NCBI RefSeq assembly: GCF_009914755.1
Contig: NC_060938.1
DNA from: the human T2T-CHM13v2.0 reference genome, Homo sapiens
Strand: one strand, 5' to 3'
Length of the DNA: 64,000 nucleotides
The notes below the pieces were generated by a model. That model did no database searches. It worked only from the letters and a program-made list of their open reading frames with translations, and was not told where the DNA came from. Below are positions 12,560 to 25,949 of the stretch, piece after piece. The translations under genes were made by a program, and so were the position numbers. How positions within the stretch are numbered: the first letter of the stretch is position 1; every line of letters begins with the position of its first letter.

Positions 12560-14697
12560 AGAAACAAATGGGGAATTTGAATAAAATATATCATTTACAT
12601 AGAAAGTTATGTAATGATGCCATATAGAGTATAATGATTTCCTAAAACCTTGTATTTAAAGTAACCTGAATTACAATGAGAGATAAACAGAATATTTACC
12701 CATCCCTTATGAGGTGCTGCTGATATGTAAATTTATTCTTCTACTTTGCACAAATATACTTTTGAGCTACTGCTTAAACACTTTGAGGTCCTTAGTCAAA
12801 CAGTTTTAATGATGCCTCCAATATTATGAAAGTGTGACATTTGATGAATGTCTCATATAGTTTTGATATCTGGGCACATGTCAACAAAAAAAATTGAGCA
12901 TTGGTTTGTTATGCAACACCTAGATAATTTATAATTTTACTGTTTATATCCATCTTGACATTTTTTATCTGCCAAAGGCAGGTTTCATTTGGAATCTTAA
13001 TCTGAGATTTATTTGGTGGATCTGGAAATCATAGCTAGGGTTCCCACAGGAAATGGTCCATCTACCAACAGATTAAATGGCAGTCCTGCAGTTGTTAGGG
13101 GAGCTCTGCATTTAACACACATGCATACTCATTCAGTCAGCGCTGTGGAGAAAAATTAAAGTAGTAACCCAGGTTTAGGAACAATGTAGCTAAAAAGTCC
13201 CATATTTGCTGAATGACAAAGGGTTATATAGCAGCATTTCATTTTATTATTCGTGCTTGAATTTCTTGTTTGCTTTGTTGAGTCTGCTGACGAATACTAA
13301 TAAATGCCTGCAACAATCCAGACGAGAGATGCCTGGCAACAAAGCTATGCGGTGGACCTCCCTGATCTTCTCCAGTTCACAACCTGACCTTTTGAAAAAT
13401 TGGCTTGGCTAAGCTGCAGAATTTGGGTGTAATGGTTATTGTTAACTCCAGCTTTAGGATTTATTAATTTGTGTGATCAAGACTTACCTATACTTCAAAG
13501 TTTCAAAAGACCAAACACAATCATCCATCCATTAGAACTAACATTGTGTTTCAGTGATTCCCGCTTAGTATCTGACTGGTGATTCTTCTATTTTGTTTTC
13601 CAAATCTAAATATATTCTTAAACAAAATGAGTGGCACATATAAAGAAAGTTTGTTTTTTCCTCTTTATTATTGGAAAATTTATCTTTTATAGATTATTTA
13701 TGAAATTGTTGAATTCACAATTGGTATGTCTTCATTCTTAACAAACAAAAAATACATAATTATTAAACCTATTTTATTGCAGTTGTAGAAATTTCCAGGA
13801 CTTTTCCAGTTCACTCGTGTTTTTAATTAACTTATACAAATTATTCTAATAATAAGAAATTTTGAGAAAGGCTGAAAAGGTTACAAATATATTACAAATA
13901 GCCAAATAGCTCATATCACTGGGGAACAACAAAAAGAGTTATGTTAATCAAATTTTAGGATAGTTTTCACAATCATTTCAGCCTAAATAATATTTGTAGT
14001 GTTTTTAACATTTGTAATAGAAGTTGTACAAACCCTAAATTTGTGATTTATAAGTTAATTATATAGCCTAAGCTGTAGGATATTACGCTATTATATTGTG
14101 CTCATTGCCTTCATATGGTGAAGGATGTTGAAATTTAAAAGCTTAAACATATGATAGAATTTCACAAAATACTTACGTACTTTAAATAGTTCATACAAAG
14201 AAATCGGAACTTTTCCTCAATAGGATGAATATTGATTCATTCGTGACTACTTCAGACTTGGTGAAACAAACAAAAACTTAAAAAAAATTTGTGGCATCAC
14301 CACTTTAAATAGCTGTTTTATCTGAAAAAAAAAAGAATAAAATTTCAGTAAAAGAATTTTCATGAATAGCCAATAGATAGTTTGAAACATGGTACATCAA
14401 GTCATTGAATTGTTGTATCTAAGGTAAAATAATCTCACCACTTCTTTTTGGCATGTGTGTTTATCTAAATATAACCATGTGTAGGAGTATAAAGGATGCA
14501 GTTTATTTTGTATCTCCAACTCTAATGTCCAAATGAATGAGTTATGTGATATTGACAGATTTAGTGATTATCTGGTTTTTCAACCTTAATAAAAGCTTAT
14601 TTCAGTATCTTATAGCTACACGTAGCCTTTACCATTCAATATGTTTTTGACTTCTCTTCAATATGTGTACAATATACCTTATTAAGAATTACATATG

Positions 14698-15009
14698 CAC
14701 TGGGGACAGTGGCTCACACCTATAATCCCAGCACTTTGGGAGGCTGAGATGGGATCGACCTGAGATCACTTGAGCCCAGGAGTTCGAGACCAGCCTGGGC
14801 AACATAGGGGAGACCTTGTCTCTACAAATAATAAAAACAAATTAGCCAGGTGTGGTGGTACATGCCTGTGGTGTTAGCTACTCTGGAAGCTGAAGCTAGA
14901 GGATCGCCAGAGCCTAGAAGGTTGAGGCTGTAGTGAGCCATGATGGTGCCACCTCACTCTAGTCTGAGTGACAGAGTGAGACCCTGTCTTAAAAAAAAAC
15001 AAAAAAAAC
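14698..15009 (+). mobile_element. Alu (AluJ-like)
   Basis: gtggctcacacctataatcccagc...gagaccctgtct followed by an A tail. Confidence 0.88.
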
Positions 15010-15024
15010 ATAAGAAATCACTGT

Positions 15025-15281
15025 CTGTGCTTTCCAATGTGGTAGCTATGGGCACCATGTGGCTACTGAGCACTTAAAATCTGGGTAGTCCAAACTGAGA
15101 TTTGCTGTAATTATAGTACAAAAAAGAATGTAAATTTCTCAAAGCAATTTTTTAATACTACATGTTGAAATGGTCATATTTGAGAAATATAATATTACTC
15201 ATTATTTCTTGTTTGATGAGCTTATGAGAAAATTAAAAATTGTATAAGCAATTTGAGCAATGTATCTTTTGGATAGTGCTG
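15025..15281 (-). mobile_element. MER33-like hAT-Charlie DNA transposon
   Basis: Ends ctgtgctttccaatgtggtagc... and ...ttggatagtgctg resemble MER33 termini. Confidence 0.65.
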
Positions 15282-15547
15282 ATCTATATGATTAAACATA
15301 TCACCGGGACTACCTCATTCTGCCACCAACCTTTTCTTTACTTGTTTGCAAAGGTTATTCATATTGTCTGCCTCCCTCATTCTTTGTCATTTCCCCTGAG
15401 AGCAGATAGAGTTTTTAATTTACCTTTACATCCTACACAGCACCTGGCACTGTGTTGGTACTTAATAAGTGTTGAATAAAGTACTCATTTTCAATACTTG
15501 TTTGCTCTCCATATATTCTTTAGCTGATTTTCTAATTCAGTATTTCT

Positions 15548-15682
15548 GGCCAGATGCGTTAGCTTACACCTGTAACCCCAGCACTTTGGAAGGCCAAGGT
15601 GGGAGGATTGCTTGAGCTCAGGAGTTTGAGAGACCAGTCTGGGCAACATAGTGAGATCTCATCTAAAAAAAAAAAAAAAAAA
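15548..15682 (+). mobile_element. FLAM / Alu monomer
   Basis: Single Alu arm plus A18; degenerate TSD aattcagtat / aatttagtat. Confidence 0.85.
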
Positions 15683-18600
15683 GGAAACCTAATTTAGTAT
15701 CTCCTTTCATTGATTCATTTCATTTCATTGAATGAAAGACCTAATATATCCACTGTTTTGTTCCAGTATATTTTAGGAAGATGAGTATATTAGGGAGCTT
15801 ACAGTCTAGAAAGGGAGACACACATAGATGAGAAGGCTGTGAACTGTAGAAACCACATCTGTGTAACTATTCTCTATTCTTCTATAATGTGGTTGGACAT
15901 AGTTGCTAATGTAATGTTGTTGAACACATTATAGAAGAATAATTACATAGTTGTGGTTGGTAATTAACTTGGTGGTGATATTGAAAAACACATGAAACAG
16001 AAAGATTATCTTATAATTTCATTTATGCTGTTTGTAGAAACAATCTAAAAGTATGTTGGCAAGTTTGTTTAAAGCACAGATAGAGGTTATTAATTATGTA
16101 GACCAATGAAAGTAAAATTATGACTTTATTTTATGACTGTTGAAGCCAAAATACAAATTTAAAAAGCCCTGAGAGAGCTAGTATACGGTATTCATGTAAA
16201 AAGTTTCCATTTTTTAAGCTAAGTTACCTAATTTCCTGTGACTCCTAAATTAGATTCTCAGGAAGATAGGAGCCTGTGGTCTACCAGCTGTGATCCTGAT
16301 TGTAATTAATATCATAGAATATGTAATTAATAACAGATTGTAATTAATAACATAGAAGTATGTTATTTAAATTTCTTGTTTTCCTGCCATGGGATTGAAT
16401 TTACTGTTAATTTTCTTTCTTTGACGGTGAATTTTCTCAGAATCTTTCCTGAATGTCAAGATTTCTAAATTTCAAAGTTGTATTATTTCTGTAATGTATT
16501 AGTTTTATAATCTGATACAAACTTTATTAAACCATTATGTATTAATTACAAGTTTTAACCATCTTAAGTATTTTCTCTTTGTGTTTATGTTTCTCATTGA
16601 ATTAGGTGGCATTCTATTTATTTTTCATTTCCATGTCTTCTGATATTTTAGAAGAATTACATACAATTGTTAACAGAATAAGATTATTTGGGCCAAAAGA
16701 AAAGAGAAAAAGAAAAAAAAAAGAGAAAGTATTAGATACATTAGTATTTCTGAGAGATTTTTTCCCCATAGTTGCTAACATTTCCTGGAAGAAAAAGTAA
16801 ATGTTTAGATAACAACTTGGTTGATTAGGTCAGCTGTACTGATTTTAGCTGTGCAACTATATGCTGACTATTGATCATCAAATAAATTTGTTCAGGAAAT
16901 TGAGAAAATTTAAAATATGAAAACTAGAATAATAACTAGGAAAATAGATACTTTTCTTGCTTTTCTTAATATTTGAGAGAAATTAAAGATATAAATTTGA
17001 ATTGTAAGTTTGAATATGGTCCCAAGATGGTGATGTTATCTCACAGAAAGGTGAGAGAAATCAAAATAGAGAAACTAGCTTTTAGCAAAGCAGATTCTAA
17101 AGATAATAGTAGCTAATATTTATTGTATATTTTGTGCTAACACTTTTCTAAAAGATTTATGTAACTTAGTTTAATTCTCAACATTTTTTTGAGGTAGATG
17201 CTATCATTTTGTACTCTTTACTGCTAGGAAAATTGATGAAAGGTTAAATATTTTGCTAAAGGTTGTACAGCTATATTGTGGAGCCAGAATTCAAACCTTG
17301 TAGTCTGTCTTCAGAATCCATGCACTGACTGTGGTTCTGCTTGGAAGGTCTAAATATATCAGTGGTGTAGTGGTTAGAACACTTGGATGGTCTAAACTTT
17401 TATCTTGTACACACATATTAGGCAGATCTACTATAATGTTATAGAAGTTCCTGATAATGTTATGTGGGGGGAAAAACACATATAATATACATCTGTATTG
17501 CCTAGATGTTGTAGGGGAGCACATATAATATGCATCTCTGTGGAAAGCTAACCCTCTATTCCACAGAAAAGGGAAGCATAGTTGGACATATTTAGTAATG
17601 GAAATAAATATTATTTGTGCACACGGAGACAAAGAAAGTATATACTATATTTAAATTACTTAAGGAATTTGTAGAAGTCATTGGGAGCAATCACTAGTCG
17701 GCATTGTTCTGATTATTTCAAAACTAATATTCATTAAAAAAAAAGTTTTTGCCCATTGAAAAAAGACATCTTTTGTTTAAAATGTGGAACTACTGTAGAA
17801 ATTCCATCATCACATCAAATTTGCACTCCAATAGGAAAAGGAAGTCTTATATTTTGATGTTTTTATATAATATGGTGATGGACCATATAGGAAGGAAAGA
17901 AGCATTAAAGCATGCGATTTGGTTCTTTTTATATTTATAAAATCAGATGCTAAGGTGTAACCTTCTTTTCTCACCCCCCAAAAGACAGAATTTACAGAAA
18001 TAGTGAAGTTATGTTATCAAGTATCAGGGAGCACATTAACAAACTGCCTTTACTATGTTCATTTTAGATATATATGCACTAAGTAGTACCTTCATCTTAA
18101 GAGGCAGGCGATCCATTTATTTGAATGTATTTGCCCCTAATACTTCTATCCACCCTTTCTCTTTCCTGTCTCTGAGCTCCCAGGTAGCTGGGATGTTGCT
18201 ATTCTGAGTAACCCCAGTGGGAACCCTAGAGACAATTCTAGCTCAACCACTCTGAAGAAACAGCTCTGTAAACAGTATTGACCCCCCCAGGGGACCATCA
18301 AATCCGTTTACACAGATACCAGTTGTCACAAACTATTTACAAAGCCAGGCAGAACAGAATTTCCCAGCCTCTGAGAATCCCTATTTGATTCTAGCCACTG
18401 CCTTACTTCTGTATAGTGGTCATTAAATAATAGTTACTTTTGGCAATGAGTCATGATTTATTGGGTAGCATCAATCTGAGTATAGTATATATTAAAAAAT
18501 GTATAATTATCTGAAGAATTGAACTCAAAGGGAATCTCAAAGCTTTCTTTCCTAGAATAGGCAATGGTATTGTAACACTGTTAACTTTCCAGACTAAGGA

Positions 18601-19767
18601 ATTGAGGGTTTAACAACAGCATTAGCATTGAGACAGTTAACAATACTGACACCTCCAGAAGCAAGCAATAATTCATTAGATCATGAAAATGGTTCATTGG
18701 AAACAGCATGAAAGTCACTAGAGAGATACAGGATCCTCAAAGCATACAATGCAGCTGGTCTATGCAGATGTATTAAGTACTAAGATTCTATGCCTAGATG
18801 AATAAACTGTCTAGCAATAGCAGTAGGTGGCATTTTAGGGTAATACCTAGTAGTAATCCATAATATCATTTTTCAGTTGATAGCAGGATAACTTTATGTG
18901 GTAGTGATGGTATGAGACAGTAAATGCAAAAGTTGGGAATTATATTTGGTTTGAAGTGGTCGAATTCTTATGTCTAAATAAAACAGTGTGCCCACAGAAA
19001 AGCAAATGAAGAGATTGATAGTAATCATACATTTTTTCCTGTTGTTTAACTCTGAGAAAAGAAAGTCAGACTTCATAACTTTTGAATGATGAAGAAGAGA
19101 TTGACAGTTTATTCTTTAAGTCCATATGGATAAATGAAGTTGAATAGTATTAATTCAGTTAGTCATAATGTTAGAAGAGTTAACAATGACACTGATTAAA
19201 CACTAAAGTGGATTACTAAAGAGAGTTTCCGTTTCAAACCATATGAAAGAGATAGAGGAATCAACAGGATGGTTTTAGGTTTAAGTTTTCATCTGCCTAG
19301 AGATAAGAGTTTGAATCGAAAGTGAATATCTTTCTGTTTAACATTTGTCTTATCTTTTAAATTGACTAATATGCAAAACAGACCAATAGCTTCACTTTAA
19401 TGGCATTTTATTGGCTTGTGTTTATATTTCTGTATGCAGTTCTTTTTAAAGTGATGGGGCAATACAAATAAGCTCAGCTAAAGCTCTTAGTAGCTTCGTC
19501 TCATTATTGCTTCATAAAGATCCTTCTCCTGGGCTGGAGAGTTTAGGGAAAATAACTGAAGTCTGAACTTAGAGTTACTAACTGCTTTCATCTTCTCTTG
19601 GTTAGAAAAGGTACTAATTCAGAAATAAATTTGGGCTATGAATAAGGTAAAGAAAATTAGGCAAAATGCAAGATGATAGAGCAGTATCTTAAAATTTGTC
19701 TTGAAAAGTCAAAGTGTTTCATGCCTGTTGCTTACTCACTAATGTTTCAGAAAAAAAAAAATTGTAA

Positions 19768-20060
19768 GGTCAGGCATGGTGGCTTATGCCTGTAATCCCA
19801 ATACTTTGGGAGGCAGAGGCAGGAGGATTGCTTGAGCCCAGGAGTTTGAGACCAGCCTGGGCAACATGGCAAGACCCCATCTCTGAAAAAAAAAAAATTA
19901 GTGAGGCATGGCAACACAGCACACAGCTGTAGTCTCAACTATTCGGGGGGCTGAGTTGGGAAAATTGCTTAAGCCCGGGAGGTCAAGGCTGCAGCGAGCC
20001 ATGATTGTGCTACTGCACTCCAACGTGGGTGACGGAGCGAAACCCTCTCAAAAAAAAAAA
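19768..20060 (+). mobile_element. Alu (AluJ-like)
   Basis: Dimeric Alu; TSD aaaaaaaaaattgt. Confidence 0.9.
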
Positions 20061-21147
20061 TTGTGTAGATAGTTATAGAAAGAATGGTTAATAAAGCAAG
20101 CATGATAAAATGTTAATATTTGGGGAGTCTAGGTAAAGGGCATACAGTAATTCTTTGTTTTGCAACTTTCTTATGAGACAAATTATTTCAAAATGAAAAG
20201 GTACAAATGAAGGATTATCTAATGTCAGTTTTTGTCGGCTTTCTCATTTAGCTTGCTTCTGCAGTCATTGAAATCTTTGATGTTTGGCTCTCATTTCTTC
20301 TCTCCATTTTCTGCCATTTTTCTGGATGACTTCAATGCCTTCAAAGGTGGTACTTTCAGCACTTTGACTTTTTGATTTTCTCCACTCCAAGTATGTTCAC
20401 TTTTAATTTATTTCATCAACTCATTTCCAGATGAGCCATACCTTGGACTTTGTCCTTAATACTGATTTTAGAAATTTTCTTCCGACTATAACATCTTGTC
20501 ATTTCAATACAAGAAATGTCTCTTCATTTTTCCTAAATTTATTTCTTCTCCTCTATATCTATTCCTATTCTTCCTATTTTTATAGTCTATTAACTTTTTA
20601 TTTCATCTAACTCTGGCTATCCTTTGGCAGTTTGCTACTTCGCATATCCCTACTTGACCTTTTTTGGAGCAAATGCCTTTGTGAAGTCTTCCTAGAGTCT
20701 TCCAGGTGAGCATTAGTATGTCTAGCATATTGTATGTATATGGCCTCCATAGCCCAAGCATAGTCCTTATTATACTGTATTCAGATCATTAGATGAGTTT
20801 GCCATCCTCACTGTACTAGAGAGTCTTTGAGTGGAGTGTTTGTTTCTTATTCATCTTTGTTTTCCCAGTAGCTACCACAAGACATACCACACTGTAAGTT
20901 TTCAATGAACGATCAGTAAATTAATGAATAAATAAATTAGAAGAGTCAAACTTTTTATACAAATGTTTGAATACTAATATAGTGTAACGCAGGATGGCAG
21001 AGAGGAGAGCATTGAAAGCCTTCAGAGGATTTAACATTGATTTGCTGGAATCATACTTGCCAAAATAGTTGGTCAAAAAAACAAGACAGGCAGGAAAATT
21101 TTTATAAGTCAGCCATGTGTATTCTAAAGTAAAATTAAATTCTCAGA

Positions 21148-21228
21148 CTGGGAGTCTGAGGTGGGAGGATTGCTTAAACCCAGGAGTTTGAGGCCAGCCT
21201 GGGCAACACTGCAAGATCCTGACCTAAA
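21148..21228 (+). mobile_element. Alu/FLAM fragment
   Basis: gggagtctgaggtgggaggattgcttaaacccaggagtttgaggccagcctgggcaaca. Confidence 0.75.
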
Positions 21229-22361
21229 ACATTTTTTTTAAATAAATTTTCAGTAGAAGAGTATGGATAGTCTGATTTGCAGAGCAGGCTCCAAATTTCT
21301 GATGAGCCTTTTGAAATAGAAATCTGAAAGCTTTTACTACTGAACAAAATGAGAAATATCCAGAAATAGAGCCATGTCACACAGTATGGGTTCTTTAAAA
21401 ATATTAAACATTTATAATTAAATTTTAGAATGGAAGTCTGGAGTGTGTCAGAAATTGATGGATTTATTGTAATAAAACTTCAAGGGGTTATAATTACTAA
21501 GACCCAGGAGGGATCAACACAGAGTCTTCTTATTAGGAAGCTCTTATTGGGAAGCTTCTGCATCTCCTCTAAGATTGAAGAAGATAGTGTGGTCACAAGT
21601 TAAATAGTGGTAATTTATCAAGAGTTCAGGGGATCACAAAATTTCACATTAGGTTAAAGCCAAAGAAAGAGAACTATAAAACTAGTAAACAACCATTTAC
21701 ATTTGACAGTTTTAGGAACAGATACATCTGAAGATTACTTGTTCATTCTTGACAGCTCAAAATGCTTACTTGGTTTGCATTAGATGGTCACCATGCTAGT
21801 TTTCTGTAATAGGCTGGCATTAGTATAATGAAACTCTTAAAATCTGAATGACAAAAGTTTATAAACGGGCACTAAGGAAAGCCTCTATATCATTAACAGA
21901 CCATGCTTTCTAACACTAACATAACATTGTAAGTAACTCAAATGAAAAGCAATCAGAAATAGTTACTGAAAGCATTATCAAAATAACAAACATTGCCCCT
22001 AGGGACATATTTTTAAAAAACTCTTAGGCCCCACATTCTTCAGTTTATGAAGTGCCATATTTCTTCAAAAGGAAAAAGGATGGTCCATGGACCACTGCCA
22101 ACTATAAAAGCCCCCAGGTCCCCATGACAGCCCCACAACTGCTTCAGACTCTTAAGTCCCAACTCTTTTTGGCCTATTTGAGACCAAATTTACCATTATC
22201 TACAACTTATCCCAATGCTTATCTGATTACAGTAGGAGTAAGACTAGAAACTATATGTTTAAAGCTAAAGAGTGTTTCCAAAAATATTTATTTGACTGAA
22301 TGATTTAATATGCAGTTATGGTGTTTAATATATCATGTGTTATTTGTTTGTTTAAATACAG

Positions 22362-22593
22362 ACATAACCCACAGTTATCTTGAACAAGAAACTACGGGGA
22401 TAAATAAAAGTACGCAGCCAGATGAGCAACTGACTATGAATTCTGAGAAAAGTATGCATCGGAAATCCACTGAATTAGTTAATGAAATAACATGTGAGAA
22501 CACAGAATGGCCAGGGCAGAGATCAACGAATTTTCAGATCATCAGTTCTTATCCAGATGATGAGTCTGTTTACTGCACTACTGAAAAATACAA
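22362..22593 (+). CDS. MIPOL1: MIPOL1 coding exon (DITHSYLEQ...CTTEKYN), 232 nt
   Basis: tttaaatacag|ACATAACC...TACAA|gtaagt; matches ORF 22310..22597. Confidence 0.95.
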
Positions 22594-22604
22594 GTAAGTG
22601 CTCA

Positions 22605-22923
<319 letters not shown>

Positions 22924-24081
22924 GAGAGAAAGTTAGAATTGGAAGAACTTTTTCTCCCTCCCTTCTTCCCTTTCTTCCTCTTTCCTTCTTTCTTTTTGGT
23001 GTTGGCTAATTCTAAACTTATTAGAACTTGGCGAATCTACCAGGGTTTTCTACTGTTTCCATGGTATGGATATAATATGTCTAGTTAACTAAGTGAAAAA
23101 GCACAAAGTGCATCTGAAGAAAGACAGGTTTAATTCTATTTTATTCAATATTATTTTCTGTGACCTTTCTTTATGTATTTGGAAATAACTGTTAAATTGA
23201 TATACATGACATATCATTCATGAAAGTAAAAAACTGGCAGCTCCAGGACAAGGTAAGCCCAAACATGCATTTTGGTTTGGGTTAGCGCTATTTTTCATTT
23301 AAATGAATTTGATGCTTTTAAAAGGGCCTTGTTCTCTACCATTTGCATTCCTCATTATTTTACTTTCTCAGCTTTTACCCAGTAACCTTGCCTACCTAGC
23401 TCATGAAAGGATTTGAATTTGTGATACCTGATACTTCTACCCATGAGATTAAGGAACTTTGATAATTAGTCATGTGCTAGAAAAATATTATTAGATTTAA
23501 AAAGAAGTTTCAGTGACTAATATATTTTCAGTCTAGACAAAATAATATTTTGCAGCATACTATTTTTAACAGATTTTTGCATAGGAACTTTTATTCTACT
23601 TTCAAATTATTCAGTAGATATGTTAATAGATAGTAACATATAATGAAATAGATGTATTGATATGTTCCCATCCCTTTTTCAGATTCTTACTAAGGTGTAG
23701 GTTGGAGTCCCTTTTGAGGAGTAGAAGCACAGAAGAATGAAGTAGGGATAAACATTTTATAACCACATGGGTAAAGTAAATAGTAGAGATTGGGCTAAAG
23801 TCAGATTATGAGATATCTAGCATAATTACAACAGGAGATGTACATGGTAAATAGAGCTGCACTGACTGTCCCAGCCATCACTAAATTTCTTCTTAGTGAC
23901 TCCAAAATTTACCTGTGCTTACAAATTTAATATAAGGCCTTCAAAAAAACAGCCCATCTCTTTTCCTTTCCCTTCCTTTATGGTGTTTGCTTACAAGTTG
24001 ATACTGTTCTCAAGTAGCATACAAAATGTCAAAAAATTAGTTTATCTTACTCTGAAATGTTAATCAGTTTCTTTATTACAG

Positions 24082-24217
24082 CGTTATGGAACATAGACAT
24101 AATGATATGCATTATGAATGTATGACTCCTTGTCAAGTTACTTCAGACTCAGATAAAGAGAAGACAATAGCATTTCTTCTAAAAGAATTGGATATTCTCA
24201 GAACAAGCAATAAAAAG
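24082..24217 (+). CDS. MIPOL1: MIPOL1 coding exon (VMEHRHNDMHYEC...DILRTSNKK), 136 nt
   Basis: ctttattacag|CGTTATG...AAAAAG|gtata; open in the expected phase. Confidence 0.95.
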
Positions 24218-25245
24218 GTATAATATGGAAAGTCTGATAATTGTATAGTATGGGTTTAGCTGTTGATCTTCTAAATTTCCTTTGTTGCCCATCATAATTC
24301 AGTTTTATTTTGCACTTTAATCATTTAACAGTAGCTTTATGTTTTTGCCATACCTTGCCATCAGGGTATGGTTGAGTTAAGGGGTTGAAAATGAAAGCAT
24401 TTTTTTGATTTCATATCTTGCTGGTCCACATTAGCACTTCCTTTTTCATAAGCCCCTGGTTCCTTGTATACATATCTTTAAAAAAAAAGATTCAAGTTTT
24501 AGTAAAACTCTGCTTCAGTATTATAGAGAATGGGAGATAGAATGCACTGGTTTCATGTTACTATCTTAATTTTTTTTTCTTTATTAGTATCCATGCCCTA
24601 TATTTGACCTCAATAATACATGTAATTAAACATTTCAGTAGCAAGCCTTGGCAATATTGTCATTTACCTTGTGTTAATCTTATACTGCTGCATTTTGTCC
24701 AGTCCAATTTGTCACGTTATGTTTTATCTTCTGTTCTGACTCTTATTCTAGTTATAGTCATGTGATCATTAAATAATTTTATTAAATAATGTGCATTTTC
24801 TGTGTCTTCTTTTTTTTTTAACCTCTACATACTGCTCTGATTTTAATATTCTAGTTGTGTAACCTAATCAAACTGAAGCATGATGTTAGGAATGTTGATC
24901 ATGTTTGGAGGAAAACAACTAAAATGACAAAAACCTAGGGAGGAATTAAAAAAACATGTGGAGGGATTCTGTATGAGATGTTTTCTGTACTTTCATTTAG
25001 CAGTTATTTATTACATGCCACTTATGAGTCAGGTGTCAGTGTCAATTTAAATGGAATATGATGGGGTAGTATTCTCAAAGGGAGATTTGTATCAGATATT
25101 AAGATTATTGTCTTAATTTTGTTTCAGAATATTGGATTTACTAAGATAAACTGTAAAGCAGTGCTATCTGTTATTTTATTAGGCAAATCCCTTCCAAATA
25201 TTTTGCATTAAGAAAAAAGGATGAATGAGACTGCTTTTGCAGTAG

Positions 25246-25552
<307 letters not shown>

Positions 25553-25843
25553 TGCAGTAGTTATTTTTAAGAATAATGTTGGTCCTCTGAATTTAATTTG
25601 CCTGTTCATGCACATATACACATAAATTAAGTGTATATTGGGATGTTTTTACAATTTCTGTATAACTACAGGTAATTATTACTTTATAAATAACTTAAAT
25701 TTTAAATTTTTTTCTGGAGTTATCTATCTAGGAAGTTAAATATAATATAAGAATTAAGAAAAAACCAAAAACTTTGAAATTAATTATATTTTTGCAAGAC
25801 ATTTGTCAAATAAGAATCCATGATTTTTTTCAATGTGCTTTAG

Positions 25844-25949
25844 CTTCAGCAGAAATTGGCTAAAGAAGATAAAGAACAGAGAAAACTAAAGTTTAAGCTG
25901 GAACTCCAAGAGAAAGAAACAGAAGCTAAAATTGCTGAAAAGACAGCAG
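25844..25949 (+). CDS. MIPOL1: MIPOL1 coding exon (LQQKLAKEDKEQRK...IAEKTA), 106 nt, coiled coil
   Basis: gtgctttag|CTTCAGCAG...GCAG|gtatag; phase 0 to phase 1. Confidence 0.95.

Noticed and set aside
22310-22361. Alternative N-terminus MQLWCLIYHVLFVCLNT
   Set aside because: Intronic read-through of the acceptor region; the spliced MENWSK exon explains the frame.
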